A DNA stretch of 64,000 nucleotides from a candidate division WOR-3 bacterium (GTDB lineage Bacteria; Hydrothermota; Hydrothermia; JBDRYB01), in contig JBDRYB010000001.1 of assembly GCA_039803205.1 (NCBI GenBank), forward strand, positions 1 to 64,000. The letters are read 5' to 3'. Made by a program: the position numbers and the translations under genes. Shown piece after piece: positions 1 to 10,341 of the stretch; the stretch's first letter is position 1, and every line of letters starts with the position of its first letter. The notes below the pieces were generated by a model. The model did no database searches. It was given only the letters and a program-made list of their open reading frames with translations, and was not told the DNA's origin.

Positions 1-253
1 TGGCATATGGAAGTTTCCCGATCAGAACTGCGCCCTCTAGGTTCACATTCCTATAAAGGTTCCACAAGAAGTTTCTGAGATCGCTAGGCTGGCCCTGAGA
101 AGGCCATAGGAAAACCATAACCCTGTATCCTTCGTTTTCAAGATCCCTGATGTAAAGCGTCTCAAGCGAATCGCGAATATAAGGATATATACTGTCGTTA
201 ACGATGAGAGCTATGTTTTCAGCACACAAAAGCCAAATAAGGGTGTTTGACAT
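1..253 (-). CDS. 5' part of a probable secreted C25 (gingipain-like) peptidase-family protein, runs off the window edge
   Basis: Hand translation MSNTLIWLLCAENIALIVNDSIYPYIRDSLETLYIRDLENEGYRV...LEGAVLIGKLPYA; SD-like AAGGAAGGTG upstream; the GAVLIGxLP motif resembles C25-like N-terminal domains. Confidence 0.55.
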   Translation of the reverse strand, partial: MSNTLIWLLCAENIALIVNDSIYPYIRDSLETLYIRDLENEGYRVMVFLWPSQGQPSDLRNFLWNLYRNVNLEGAVLIGKLPYA

Positions 254-273
254 ATCACACCTTCCTTTTTAAG

Positions 274-495
274 TTCTAGCCGGCATGGTGGTGCTACTCC
301 CATACCTTATCCACCCCCGCCCGTGGTTATGACCTCAACACACTGGCATGGGCAATTAGTGATACAGATACCTAGGCACTTGGTTGGGCAGATATCCCAA
401 CACGACTCAGCGTGTTCCTCGGTTGGCTTCCATATGTATCTCATAGTTCACCTCCTTGTTGTTATAGCTCCGGACACCAACCATGCCGGCTAGAA
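274..495. repeat. 16-bp perfect inverted repeat (274-289 / 480-495) enclosing the Cys-rich peptide gene
   Basis: TTCTAGCCGGCATGGT at 274-289; reverse complement ACCATGCCGGCTAGAA at 480-495. Confidence 0.9.
307..444 (-). CDS. 45-aa Cys-rich (CxxxC repeat) peptide, candidate RiPP precursor
   Basis: MRYIWKPTEEHAESCWDICPTKCLGICITNCPCQCVEVITTGGGG*; strong SD AAGGAGGTG upstream of ATG. Confidence 0.85.
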   Translation of the reverse strand: MRYIWKPTEEHAESCWDICPTKCLGICITNCPCQCVEVITTGGGG

Positions 496-625
496 TAACT
501 CATGGCCAGATGCTTTTGCAACTCCTCGCGTCCGCCCCCAAAAAATCTAACCCAAACGGGCTCGTTTGCTCCTTGATTTTTGAGCGATGTTGAATCCGGC
601 CCTCGTGGTGGTTTAAGCTTTACAT

Positions 626-1138
626 ATGAGCAAGGAAAGCTCAGCGTGGGCTCTTACCTATGAAAAGGTCAAGGGATACCTGCACGACCTTTTCGGAGAC
701 AAGGGGTTCTTCCCCATTGAGGATAACGGGTTCTGGCTCAGATATGGCACCACCATTGTGCATGTTTTTGTTCATCCCTTTTCAAAGGAGGACCCGAAGC
801 ACTCCGTTGTTAACATATGGTCCCGCGTCACTGTTGGAACGCCGCTGACGGGCGAACTCGCTATATTTCTGATAAAGGCCAACGCGGGGTTCAGGTTTGG
901 GGCCTTTGGCTATTACGAGGCCGAACAGCTGGAATCCTCAAGCATAATCTTTGAATACAATCTACTCGGAGAGGGACTGACTAAGGAACAGCTCTATGAC
1001 GGAGTCATGGCAGTTGCGAGCACATCTGACCATTACGATACCATCATAACCAAGCAATTCGGTGGCAAAACCATGGCAGAGATAATAGAGGAAATAACGG
1101 GGGAGGAAACCGAAGAAAGGGACGAGGAATGGGAATGA
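626..1138 (+). CDS. YbjN / T3SS-chaperone-like fold protein
   Basis: Pattern L..NA.FRFGAF...IIFEYNLLG..L..EQL...V..VA..SD.YD..I...FGG; acidic tail; stop overlaps next ATG. Confidence 0.65.
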   Translation: MSKESSAWALTYEKVKGYLHDLFGDKGFFPIEDNGFWLRYGTTIVHVFVHPFSKEDPKHSVVNIWSRVTVGTPLTGELAIFLIKANAGFRFGAFGYYEAEQLESSSIIFEYNLLGEGLTKEQLYDGVMAVASTSDHYDTIITKQFGGKTMAEIIEEITGEETEERDEEWE

Positions 1139-3333
1139 CAGGCGAGGATATACTCTCACACTTTTCTCCCGATCTCAGCGAGCTATACCGAAAGGCTAAG
1201 GCCCTGGCCAAGAGGGCTGGTGGGGTTCTTTCCCCGCAACACATGGTCATCGCGCTCATTGATGCCTACGGCATTGATACGCCAAATTCGGGAGCATACA
1301 AGGATGATCTCACAAGGTATATCGGTCAGCGCTACGGCACCAACGCTGTCGAGACCGTAAAGGTGCCGAAAGAGACCCAGGAGCTGTTCGCGGCCACGGT
1401 TGAGCATGCCAAGGAGCGTGGCTCGGATTACGCCAGCGTGCTTCATTTTCTTGAGACGCTGGCAAAACGAGGGCTCCCTCCACTAGACAAGGGCGCGGTA
1501 GATGAGATAAAAGAGGGTTTTCTTGCGGCACTGTCAAAAAAGCCCGCGATAACGGTCGTCATCCCTGAAAGCCTCTTGGCCTACGGCCGCAACCTGAGCG
1601 AGGAAGCGCTTTCCCCAAACGCTATGCCCGTAATCGGCCGAGAGAGGGAGGTCAACGCCATAATAGAGACCCTATGCAGGCGCATAAAGAACAACCCGCT
1701 TCTCATCGGCAAGGCTGGTGTCGGGAAGACAGCTGTGGTAAGGGCTGTCGCGGCAAGGATGGGAAGGGGTGAGGTTCCAGATAGGCTCAAGGGGAAGATA
1801 ATCTTTGAGATACTTAGGAGCAACCTGGTCTCAGGCGCGGCATACTATGGGGAGATAGAGAAGAGGGTCAAAGAGATAGTCTCTGCCGTTAAGGAGAACC
1901 CGCAGATAATAATATTCATAGACGAAATACACACCATAGTCGCGGCAGGAGGAAAGGAGGGGCTTGGTGATGTGGCAAACCTAATGAAGGCAGCTCTCGG
2001 GACAGGGGAGATAACCGTGATAGGCGCCACAACCACAGAGGAGTATTACAGGTATTTTGTCCAGGATGAGGCGCTTGCCCGGAGGTTCAACCCTATACTC
2101 ATAGACGAGCCAACCCCTGAGGATACATTGAAGATACTCCTGGGCCTAAAGCCGGACTTTGAAAAGTTCCACGGGGTCGCTATTCCGGACGCTGTTCTTG
2201 AGAACATAGTGAGGCTTTCTCACCTGTTTTTGCCGCAGAGGTCATTCCCTGACAAGGCAATAGACCTTTTGGACCGGGCATCCGCTAAGGCCGCTCTCCT
2301 CAGCCAGGAGGCGCTGGATGACGATCTGGTCTCATCAACGGTCTCGGAGATGAGCGGCATACCGGTCAACATAGTCAACCAGGACCCGAGGGTCTTCTAC
2401 GATGGCCTCACCAGATACCTGCGCGAGAGGGTTGTTGGCCAGGATGAGGCCGCATCAAGAATATCCCACATAATAAAGATAACCAAGCTGAGGCTTGACA
2501 CGAGGCCGCAGAGGCCCGACGGGGTCATAGCGTTCGTTGGTCCCCACGGGGTCGGCAAGAAGGAGATGGCGCTCGCGATAGCCGAATATGTCTACGGATC
2601 AAGGGAAAAGCTCATTGAGTTTGACATGAGCCAGTATAGCGAGGAGCACCATATCGCGAAGCTCATAGGCTCCCCCCCTGGATATGTGGGATTCGGCCAG
2701 CGCGGGGAGCTCGCGAAGGCCGCGCAGGATAACCCTCACTCGGTCCTCTATTTCAGGAACATAGACCTTGCCGATCCTGTGGTAACGAGGTTCCTAGCTG
2801 AGTGCTTCATGGAGGGCCAGTTCACCGACGCGGCGGGGAGGCTCATCAGCCTATCAAACAATACTGTCATACTAACGCTTTCCGGCGAGGGCTACGAGAT
2901 CACAAAAAAGAAGGCAATAGGGTTTGCGAGGTCCCCTGACGAGACCGAAGGGCTTTCGGTCACTTTAGCGCCCATACTTGAGGAGATAAGCCCTGCCCTT
3001 GATGACATACTCCTCTTCAACCCCCTTTCGGTTGAACAACTTGAGGAGATAACCAGACGAAAGGTCTCCGAACAGATAGAAGAGATAAAGAAAAAGTGGC
3101 ACACTGATGTGGAGATTGACCCAGAGATAATCAGAGAAATAGCCCAAATCGCCTATGATTCAGGAACATTCGGGGAACAGATCCCATCGCTCATACAAGA
3201 GAAGATAATGGACCCCTTGGTTGACGCCATCCTCGGGGGCGAGGGCGGCGGAAGGTGCGTTCTCTCCATAGAAAACGGGGCGGTCTCCTGCAGGCTGGAA
3301 CCAAAGCACCACGAGGGCAAGAAAGCGGAATAG
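1135..3333 (+). CDS. ClpA/ClpC-like AAA+ ATPase with degenerate second nucleotide-binding domain
   Basis: NBD1 GKAGVGKT, IIFIDEIH, PDKAIDLLD; NBD2 GPHGVGKK, LIGSPPGYVG, IGF loop; ATGA overlap suggests start 1135 (track gives 1129). Confidence 0.9.
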   Translation: MTGEDILSHFSPDLSELYRKAKALAKRAGGVLSPQHMVIALIDAYGIDTPNSGAYKDDLTRYIGQRYGTNAVETVKVPKETQELFAATVEHAKERGSDYASVLHFLETLAKRGLPPLDKGAVDEIKEGFLAALSKKPAITVVIPESLLAYGRNLSEEALSPNAMPVIGREREVNAIIETLCRRIKNNPLLIGKAGVGKTAVVRAVAARMGRGEVPDRLKGKIIFEILRSNLVSGAAYYGEIEKRVKEIVSAVKENPQIIIFIDEIHTIVAAGGKEGLGDVANLMKAALGTGEITVIGATTTEEYYRYFVQDEALARRFNPILIDEPTPEDTLKILLGLKPDFEKFHGVAIPDAVLENIVRLSHLFLPQRSFPDKAIDLLDRASAKAALLSQEALDDDLVSSTVSEMSGIPVNIVNQDPRVFYDGLTRYLRERVVGQDEAASRISHIIKITKLRLDTRPQRPDGVIAFVGPHGVGKKEMALAIAEYVYGSREKLIEFDMSQYSEEHHIAKLIGSPPGYVGFGQRGELAKAAQDNPHSVLYFRNIDLADPVVTRFLAECFMEGQFTDAAGRLISLSNNTVILTLSGEGYEITKKKAIGFARSPDETEGLSVTLAPILEEISPALDDILLFNPLSVEQLEEITRRKVSEQIEEIKKKWHTDVEIDPEIIREIAQIAYDSGTFGEQIPSLIQEKIMDPLVDAILGGEGGGRCVLSIENGAVSCRLEPKHHEGKKAE

Positions 3334-3341
3334 GAGGCTCA

Positions 3342-4727
3342 ATCACGAAAAGGCTCCTCCCCCTCATGATTTTGATCCTCTCAGCTTGTAGTGGCTCCCC
3401 AGCTCCAGCGGGCAGGGTATTTTATGTGTCTCCGGAAGGGGATAACTCCAATCCAGGAACCCGAGAACAACCCTGGGCAACGCCTGGCTACGGCTCAAGG
3501 CAACTAGCGCCGGGGGACACCCTCGTGATCCTTGGGGGAACATATCACCTATCGGTCTATGATGAGGACATCATAACGCCGCCCTCAGGGACCCAAAATG
3601 CCTGGATAACCATAAGGGGCGAGCGAGGGAAAAGGCCCGTTCTGGCTGGAAGCGAGAACCTATTGGCCGCGGTTGACCTATCGGGAAAGAGCTACATAAG
3701 GCTCGAGAACCTTGAGATAACATCGGACCGAGGCGCTTGGTTCCGCGAGGGGATAAACGCGACGGGCGGCCCTCTGGCTCACGCTGTTTTCAAGGACCTT
3801 TACATACATCACATTGACGAATTTGGGATAGACATTGGGGATGCGAATGATCTGCAGATCATCAACTGCCGGATAACCCACTGCGGCTTCGGCTCAATAG
3901 GGGGCCCGGCCGGAGAGCAGGGTGGATGGAGGGATGTCCTAATAAAGGATTGCGAGCTCTCCTGGTCCGGCCACTATTATCAGGGAGGAGATGGGCCTGG
4001 CCCGTATGACAGGCCTGACGGCTTCGGGATAGAGGCCTCCGATGGGCCAGTTGAGATAGCAAACACAAAAGCAGAGCACAACTATGGCGATGGCATAGAC
4101 TCAAAGGCTCTCAACACATACATCCACGAGTGCATAGTCGCCAACAACTCATGCGACGGGATAAAGCTCTGGGGAGGGGGATCACGAGCAATAAACTGCC
4201 TTATATATGGCAGGGGAGACGGGAACCACTCCCCTACTCCGTGGTCGCCGATAGTCATAAGCGCTGAGGGAGGAGGAAGCTTCCAGCTGATAAACATCAC
4301 GGTTGACGATTCCATAGGCGAAAACTACATAATGCATGTTCAGTATGATTACCCGGATGTGCCGGTAAATTTGACGATCAGGAACGCTATATTCTCAAGC
4401 AGAGGACAGAACGCGCCGATATTCGTAGCGGGGTCAACGAACCTGAGCCTGGAATACTGTTTGTTTTACATGCCACAGAGCGAGCATGTCCTTGATTGGG
4501 GGAACCAGAGCTATGATTCCTCACAGGTTGGAGGGATAGGCCCAGGAAACAGATACGGGGACCCCAGGTTCATCTCAACGGGCTTTGGAGCTGATGGAAA
4601 CTATCACCTGCTATCTGGCTCTCCGGCAATAGACGCCGGGACACCCCGGGACGCGCCAGGGGTTGACCTTGACGGTAGGCCCAGGCCTCAAGGCAGTGGG
4701 TTTGACATGGGTTCTTATGAAAGGTAG
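3342..4727 (+). CDS. Lipoprotein with right-handed beta-helix (pectin-lyase-like) repeats
   Basis: Lipobox LSAC, FYVSPEGDNSNPGT..PW motif, C-terminal YHLLSGSPAIDAG...DLDGRPRPQG..DMGSYE; start uncertain (ATC 3342 proposed). Confidence 0.75.
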   Translation: MTKRLLPLMILILSACSGSPAPAGRVFYVSPEGDNSNPGTREQPWATPGYGSRQLAPGDTLVILGGTYHLSVYDEDIITPPSGTQNAWITIRGERGKRPVLAGSENLLAAVDLSGKSYIRLENLEITSDRGAWFREGINATGGPLAHAVFKDLYIHHIDEFGIDIGDANDLQIINCRITHCGFGSIGGPAGEQGGWRDVLIKDCELSWSGHYYQGGDGPGPYDRPDGFGIEASDGPVEIANTKAEHNYGDGIDSKALNTYIHECIVANNSCDGIKLWGGGSRAINCLIYGRGDGNHSPTPWSPIVISAEGGGSFQLINITVDDSIGENYIMHVQYDYPDVPVNLTIRNAIFSSRGQNAPIFVAGSTNLSLEYCLFYMPQSEHVLDWGNQSYDSSQVGGIGPGNRYGDPRFISTGFGADGNYHLLSGSPAIDAGTPRDAPGVDLDGRPRPQGSGFDMGSYER

Positions 4728-4769
4728 TCCCAACGGAATAAACATCAGAGCAGGTGCAAGGCCTTTTCG

Positions 4770-5717
4770 CTACAACCATTTTTTCTTTTTCATATATATA
4801 AATATAATTGCTCCAACAAGGATCATGAGGCCTATTGCGGCTGGATACCCCCACCACTGACCCAGCTCCGGCATGTATCTGAAGTTCATCCCATATATGC
4901 TCGCTATGAGGAGGGCTGGTAGTGTTATGGTAGCGACAACCGTGAGCACCTTCATTATCTCGTTTGATTGGTAGTCCTTGGAATCAACGAAGAGCTGGTA
5001 AAGGGTCTCGCCCCTCTGCTGAAGGTAATCGGTCTCAGAGAGTATCCTGTGATGCCTATCAGCCAGGTCAAGAATGTATGGCATGTCCTCTCGCGAAACA
5101 AAATCCCTCGCCTCATCGGTTAGCTCCTCAAAGATCCTCTGGTGGAACATCATGCTCTTTCTTATCCTGCCGATGACAGCATTTGTCGCGGTTATTCTCA
5201 TCAGAACCGATTGGTTCAGGTTCCAGGCAGCTAGCTGATCCTCTATCGCGTCCATCCGGTCGTCCATGTCTTCCATGAGCTCCCAAAGGTTCTGGAAAAA
5301 GGTCTGATCTAATATCCACCTGAGAAGCCTGGCTGGGGAGGAAATGCGTTTGGATATGTTATCGCGATTCATGAGGAGGTTTGAAAAACCAGGTATTTTC
5401 TGCCTGATATATGTGACCAGAAAATCCTTGCCAAGAAATACATCCATCTCATAAACCTCTATCCTGTCCCCAATGCACATCGGCATGTGCAGTTCGGCAA
5501 AAAGGTATGAACCGAAGTCCTCAACCTTCGGGACAGGGGTTTCTCGCTCGCATTCCTCTATGGCTATGGAATGAAAACCACAGGTTTCTGCCAGGAAAGA
5601 AAGATCGACGGGATCAGCGTGAAGCCAAATGGGCCTCGTGGTCCCCCAGAGCTCCGAGGCGACCTCAAGGCTATCAGAACTAGCTAGCCCCCCATCAGAA
5701 AGGTAAAAAAACCTCAT
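4770..5717 (-). CDS. corA: CorA-family Mg/Co transporter
   Basis: YGMNF and MPEL motifs with two C-terminal TM helices. Confidence 0.92.
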   Translation of the reverse strand: MRFFYLSDGGLASSDSLEVASELWGTTRPIWLHADPVDLSFLAETCGFHSIAIEECERETPVPKVEDFGSYLFAELHMPMCIGDRIEVYEMDVFLGKDFLVTYIRQKIPGFSNLLMNRDNISKRISSPARLLRWILDQTFFQNLWELMEDMDDRMDAIEDQLAAWNLNQSVLMRITATNAVIGRIRKSMMFHQRIFEELTDEARDFVSREDMPYILDLADRHHRILSETDYLQQRGETLYQLFVDSKDYQSNEIMKVLTVVATITLPALLIASIYGMNFRYMPELGQWWGYPAAIGLMILVGAIIFIYMKKKKWL

Positions 5718-5719
5718 AT

Positions 5720-7174
<1,455 letters not shown>

Positions 7175-7302
7175 TTATAAAGCTCAGTCTTGAAGCCGAT
7201 CACCAACAGCAGGGTCATTGGTATCCAGACTTATCCACAAAGAGCAAAATACAACCTAAGCTAATCCTCCTTCAGAATAGGGGAAACAAAGCAAAAATCA
7301 AA

Positions 7303-8214
7303 TTAACGGAACTGGACCTCCACGCGCTCGTATCTGGGCCCTGTTCCTGAGAAGAACCCCGGGGAAACGGTCATCTTCTCTGGGTCAAGGGGCGCGTTCT
7401 CAAGGAAGAACTTCTTTATGGCATCGCCTCTTGCCTCAGCCAGGAACTGAGGGTGTGAATAGACCTTCACCTCAAGGATGTTCTGACCTTTGTAATACTG
7501 TTTCACCACATTCAGAACCTCGGTGAGGCGCTCCTCGGCTCCATCTGTGAATTCCTCCCTACCGGATTGGAATATGAGGTCGCAAGAGACTATTATCCCA
7601 TAGACCCCGTTGTCCTCATACCAATATCCCTTCACCCCAAAGGGCTCAGAGAGGTTCTTTCTGGTGGCTCCGGATGTCCTTGCAAGAGTTATCCTGTAAT
7701 GATAGAGCTCTCCAGGGGTAAGAGCTGGTTTGCCGTTGTCATCCTTGCCATCCCAGAGCACCTTGTCCGGCGGGTTGCCCTTGCCCTCGTATGTCCTCAC
7801 CAGCTTGCCAGAGGAGTTGTAGACCTCCAGCTTCCACATGTCAACCTTCTTTCTCGGCTTTTGCACCTCAAGGTTGATCTCCTTGACGACCTCTTGGGGG
7901 TAAACGGGCTGGCGCAGGAACTTGTTGTGGAGCTTCACGACCTCCACGAGCTGTTTCTCAACTGAGGAGGGAAGGCGCTTCTCAAGAGCCCGCTCCCGGA
8001 TGGCTATGAGGGAATCCACTGGCTCAAAGGGCTTGAGGGTGACATCCAGGATGGGTTTTTTGGCGTCGTCTATGGTGTAAGCGGCCTGACCCGTGACCTC
8101 TTCCTCAAGGGAACCGCCGGATTCAAACTCCTCTCCGCCTCCCTCCTGGGCAATCAGGAAGGAAGGCGAAACGGCCACCAGCACGCCCCAAAGCAGGTAT
8201 CTAAGGTATCTCAT
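7303..8214 (-). CDS. Exported protein with FlgD-like Ig domain and degenerate OmpA-like C-terminus
   Basis: Signal peptide; GKLVRTYEG...WDGKDDNG motif; C-terminal LAEARGDAIKKFF...RVEVQFR. Confidence 0.6.
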   Translation of the reverse strand: MRYLRYLLWGVLVAVSPSFLIAQEGGGEEFESGGSLEEEVTGQAAYTIDDAKKPILDVTLKPFEPVDSLIAIRERALEKRLPSSVEKQLVEVVKLHNKFLRQPVYPQEVVKEINLEVQKPRKKVDMWKLEVYNSSGKLVRTYEGKGNPPDKVLWDGKDDNGKPALTPGELYHYRITLARTSGATRKNLSEPFGVKGYWYEDNGVYGIIVSCDLIFQSGREEFTDGAEERLTEVLNVVKQYYKGQNILEVKVYSHPQFLAEARGDAIKKFFLENAPLDPEKMTVSPGFFSGTGPRYERVEVQFR

Positions 8215-8251
8215 TCTTAAACCTCCTTATCCTTCAATTGTAAAATATACT

Positions 8252-8280
8252 CCCTTTTCCGGACTGGGGTCCGGAAGGGG
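8252..8280. terminator. Hairpin just downstream of tonB
   Basis: TTCCGGAC-TGGG-GTCCGGAA stem (8257-8276); no clear U tract on the minus strand. Confidence 0.35.
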
Positions 8281-8294
8281 ATGGTTTCACGAGC

Positions 8295-9410
8295 TCACAT
8301 CAGAGTGAACCGGACAGTTAGCTGGCCCCATTCGTCTACGGTGACATCCTTGGCCGCGAACCTCCACTGGCTGAGAGCGGATTTGGCGGAGTTATCAAGC
8401 TCTGGGTATCCGGATGAGCGAACCAGCTGGATGTTTTTCACGGCTCCATCAGGCGTGACCCAAAACTTCAGAACAACCACGCCTTCCCAACCCTCTTTTC
8501 TGGCCTTCTCCGGATAGGTAGGCTTGACCTTGTTCAGTATCTTTCTGTTCGCGACCTCTCCTGTCAGCTCCATGGGAGCGGCCTTTGGCCCAGCAGAAGC
8601 CGCACCGAGCTGCTGCTCAACGGCCTTGAATGTCTCAGAGCCAGAGGATATTTTTATGTCCGTAGAGGGAGCGAGACCGGGGCCGGATTCGGCAAGGTTG
8701 ATGGCGCCCTTTCCTCCACCAAAACCGAGGCCGCCGCCTCCGCCTTCCGCACCAAACCCCAATCCGCCGCCGAGAGCACCCTCAATCCCTGGACCACCGA
8801 GAGAAACGGCTGGAACCGCTTCCATGGCAAGGATCTGGGATGTAGAAGCGCCGGTGCCGGATACGGCTATAACCATGTCTGCCGCTCCGAGATCCATGCT
8901 CGGCTCAAGGTTTTCTATGTCTATCGCCGCATCTATCTCTTGAAGGGCTTGGACCTGGCTTATATCTATCTTCTCAACTGTCAATTGCTCAGGAAGAACC
9001 TGGGTCTGGGCTATCTGTATCTTGAGGTCCTGAGGCATTTCCATGTTGAGCTTTGGACCACCGATCTTTATGTTGGGGTTGGGGAGAGTTGTGGAGAGCT
9101 TCGGCGCGAGGTCCATCTTTCCGGCTGGCTTGTTGTCGCCCTCTTTCTTCTCTTCTTTCTTTTCCTCCTTCTTCTTCTCCTCCTCCAGCTTCTTCTGGGC
9201 CTTGGGGCTCACATTCTTCTTCTGGGCCAGCTTCTCCTCCATGAGCTCTATCTCCCTGAGACGGGCCTCTGACAAGGCGCTCATCAGCTGTCCCCTGAAC
9301 AGAAAGAGAATGCCCGCGTGAAGGAGAAGGGATATAGCAAAGATCACGAAGATCTTCCACTTCTTCTCCTTCTTCTCCTCAGGGAGAACCACCTCGTATC
9401 TTACTGCCAT
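8295..9410 (-). CDS. tonB: TonB-family energy transducer
   Basis: TM helix SLLLHAG (S-H motif), long linker, C-terminal YPEKAR...EGVVVLKF...SSGYPELD. Confidence 0.88.
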   Translation of the reverse strand: MAVRYEVVLPEEKKEKKWKIFVIFAISLLLHAGILFLFRGQLMSALSEARLREIELMEEKLAQKKNVSPKAQKKLEEEKKKEEKKEEKKEGDNKPAGKMDLAPKLSTTLPNPNIKIGGPKLNMEMPQDLKIQIAQTQVLPEQLTVEKIDISQVQALQEIDAAIDIENLEPSMDLGAADMVIAVSGTGASTSQILAMEAVPAVSLGGPGIEGALGGGLGFGAEGGGGGLGFGGGKGAINLAESGPGLAPSTDIKISSGSETFKAVEQQLGAASAGPKAAPMELTGEVANRKILNKVKPTYPEKARKEGWEGVVVLKFWVTPDGAVKNIQLVRSSGYPELDNSAKSALSQWRFAAKDVTVDEWGQLTVRFTLM

Positions 9411-9414
9411 GCTA

Positions 9415-9861
9415 TCACCCTCTTTTCTTTATCACTGCAAGCACAACGCGCTTGCATTTTGCCCTTTTGACAGCGTCTATAGCCTCCAAGACGCTGCCCC
9501 ATTGTATAGATTTATCCCCGCGGATGACGACCATTTGGAATCCCTCAAGCTCAGGGTCTCCGGCCTCCTCCGCGTATTTCTTCTGGTCAGCCGCAACCTT
9601 TGGGGTCAGTTCCTTCACATCATTCAGCTTCTCGTCCTTGTAGTAGTAAACCCCGTTTCTGTCTATGGATATAGGGATCATCTGCTCCAAGTCAGCCTCA
9701 ATAACATTCGCCTTCGGTATCTCCAATTGCACAGAGGTGTTGGTGAAAAGAGCCTGTGCGTTTCCGATTATGGTCGCGAGAACCAGGATCATGACACCAG
9801 CAAGCGGAAACAGAACAGCACTTATGTCTGGTCCCTCAACCTTCTCTTCCTTCATCGGCAT
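9415..9861 (-). CDS. exbD: ExbD/TolR-family protein
   Basis: N-terminal TM; VIRGDKSIQWGSVLEAIDAVK motif; conserved TM Asp replaced (PLAGV). Confidence 0.8.
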   Translation of the reverse strand: MPMKEEKVEGPDISAVLFPLAGVMILVLATIIGNAQALFTNTSVQLEIPKANVIEADLEQMIPISIDRNGVYYYKDEKLNDVKELTPKVAADQKKYAEEAGDPELEGFQMVVIRGDKSIQWGSVLEAIDAVKRAKCKRVVLAVIKKRG

Positions 9862-9873
9862 CCTCTCACCTCC

Positions 9874-10335
9874 TTACTCCGGCGCCTCAGGCGTCTCGGC
9901 CGCTGTCGCGGCTTTCCTCTTCATTATGAGCACATCCGAAGCGCCGTTTGCCTTCAACATGTCTATGTAGTCTATGACGCTCTCATAGACGACCTCAGCA
10001 TCAGCCGTGAGTATGGCCTTCTTCTCTATGGAACGAGCGAGCAAACGGGGTATCAGGTCCGGCAACTGCGCGGGGTCAACAGGCTCCTTGTTCAGTATAA
10101 CAGTTCCATCAGCGCGAAGATACAGGTTAACCTTTATATCTGACTTCTTGGCCTGTTGCATCATCTGCGGGGTCTTCGCGGCCAGGGACCTCGTTATGAA
10201 GATCCCTGACTCAACCAAAAAGGGTATTGAAAGCATGAACATGACGACCAGGGAGGTGGTGACATCCGAGAAGGGTCCCAGGTTCACGGGAACCTTCTGG
10301 GCTTCCTCTATGGTTATGCTAGGCCTCCTGGCCAT
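9874..10335 (-). CDS. exbD: ExbD/TolR-family protein
   Basis: NLGPFSDV TM motif; LTADAEVVYESVIDYIDMLK. Confidence 0.88.
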   Translation of the reverse strand: MARRPSITIEEAQKVPVNLGPFSDVTTSLVVMFMLSIPFLVESGIFITRSLAAKTPQMMQQAKKSDIKVNLYLRADGTVILNKEPVDPAQLPDLIPRLLARSIEKKAILTADAEVVYESVIDYIDMLKANGASDVLIMKRKAATAAETPEAPE

Positions 10336-10341
10336 CTCTTA

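Noticed and set aside
9140..9200. Purine/pyrimidine-skewed low-complexity tract
   Set aside because: Simply encodes the Lys/Glu-rich TonB linker
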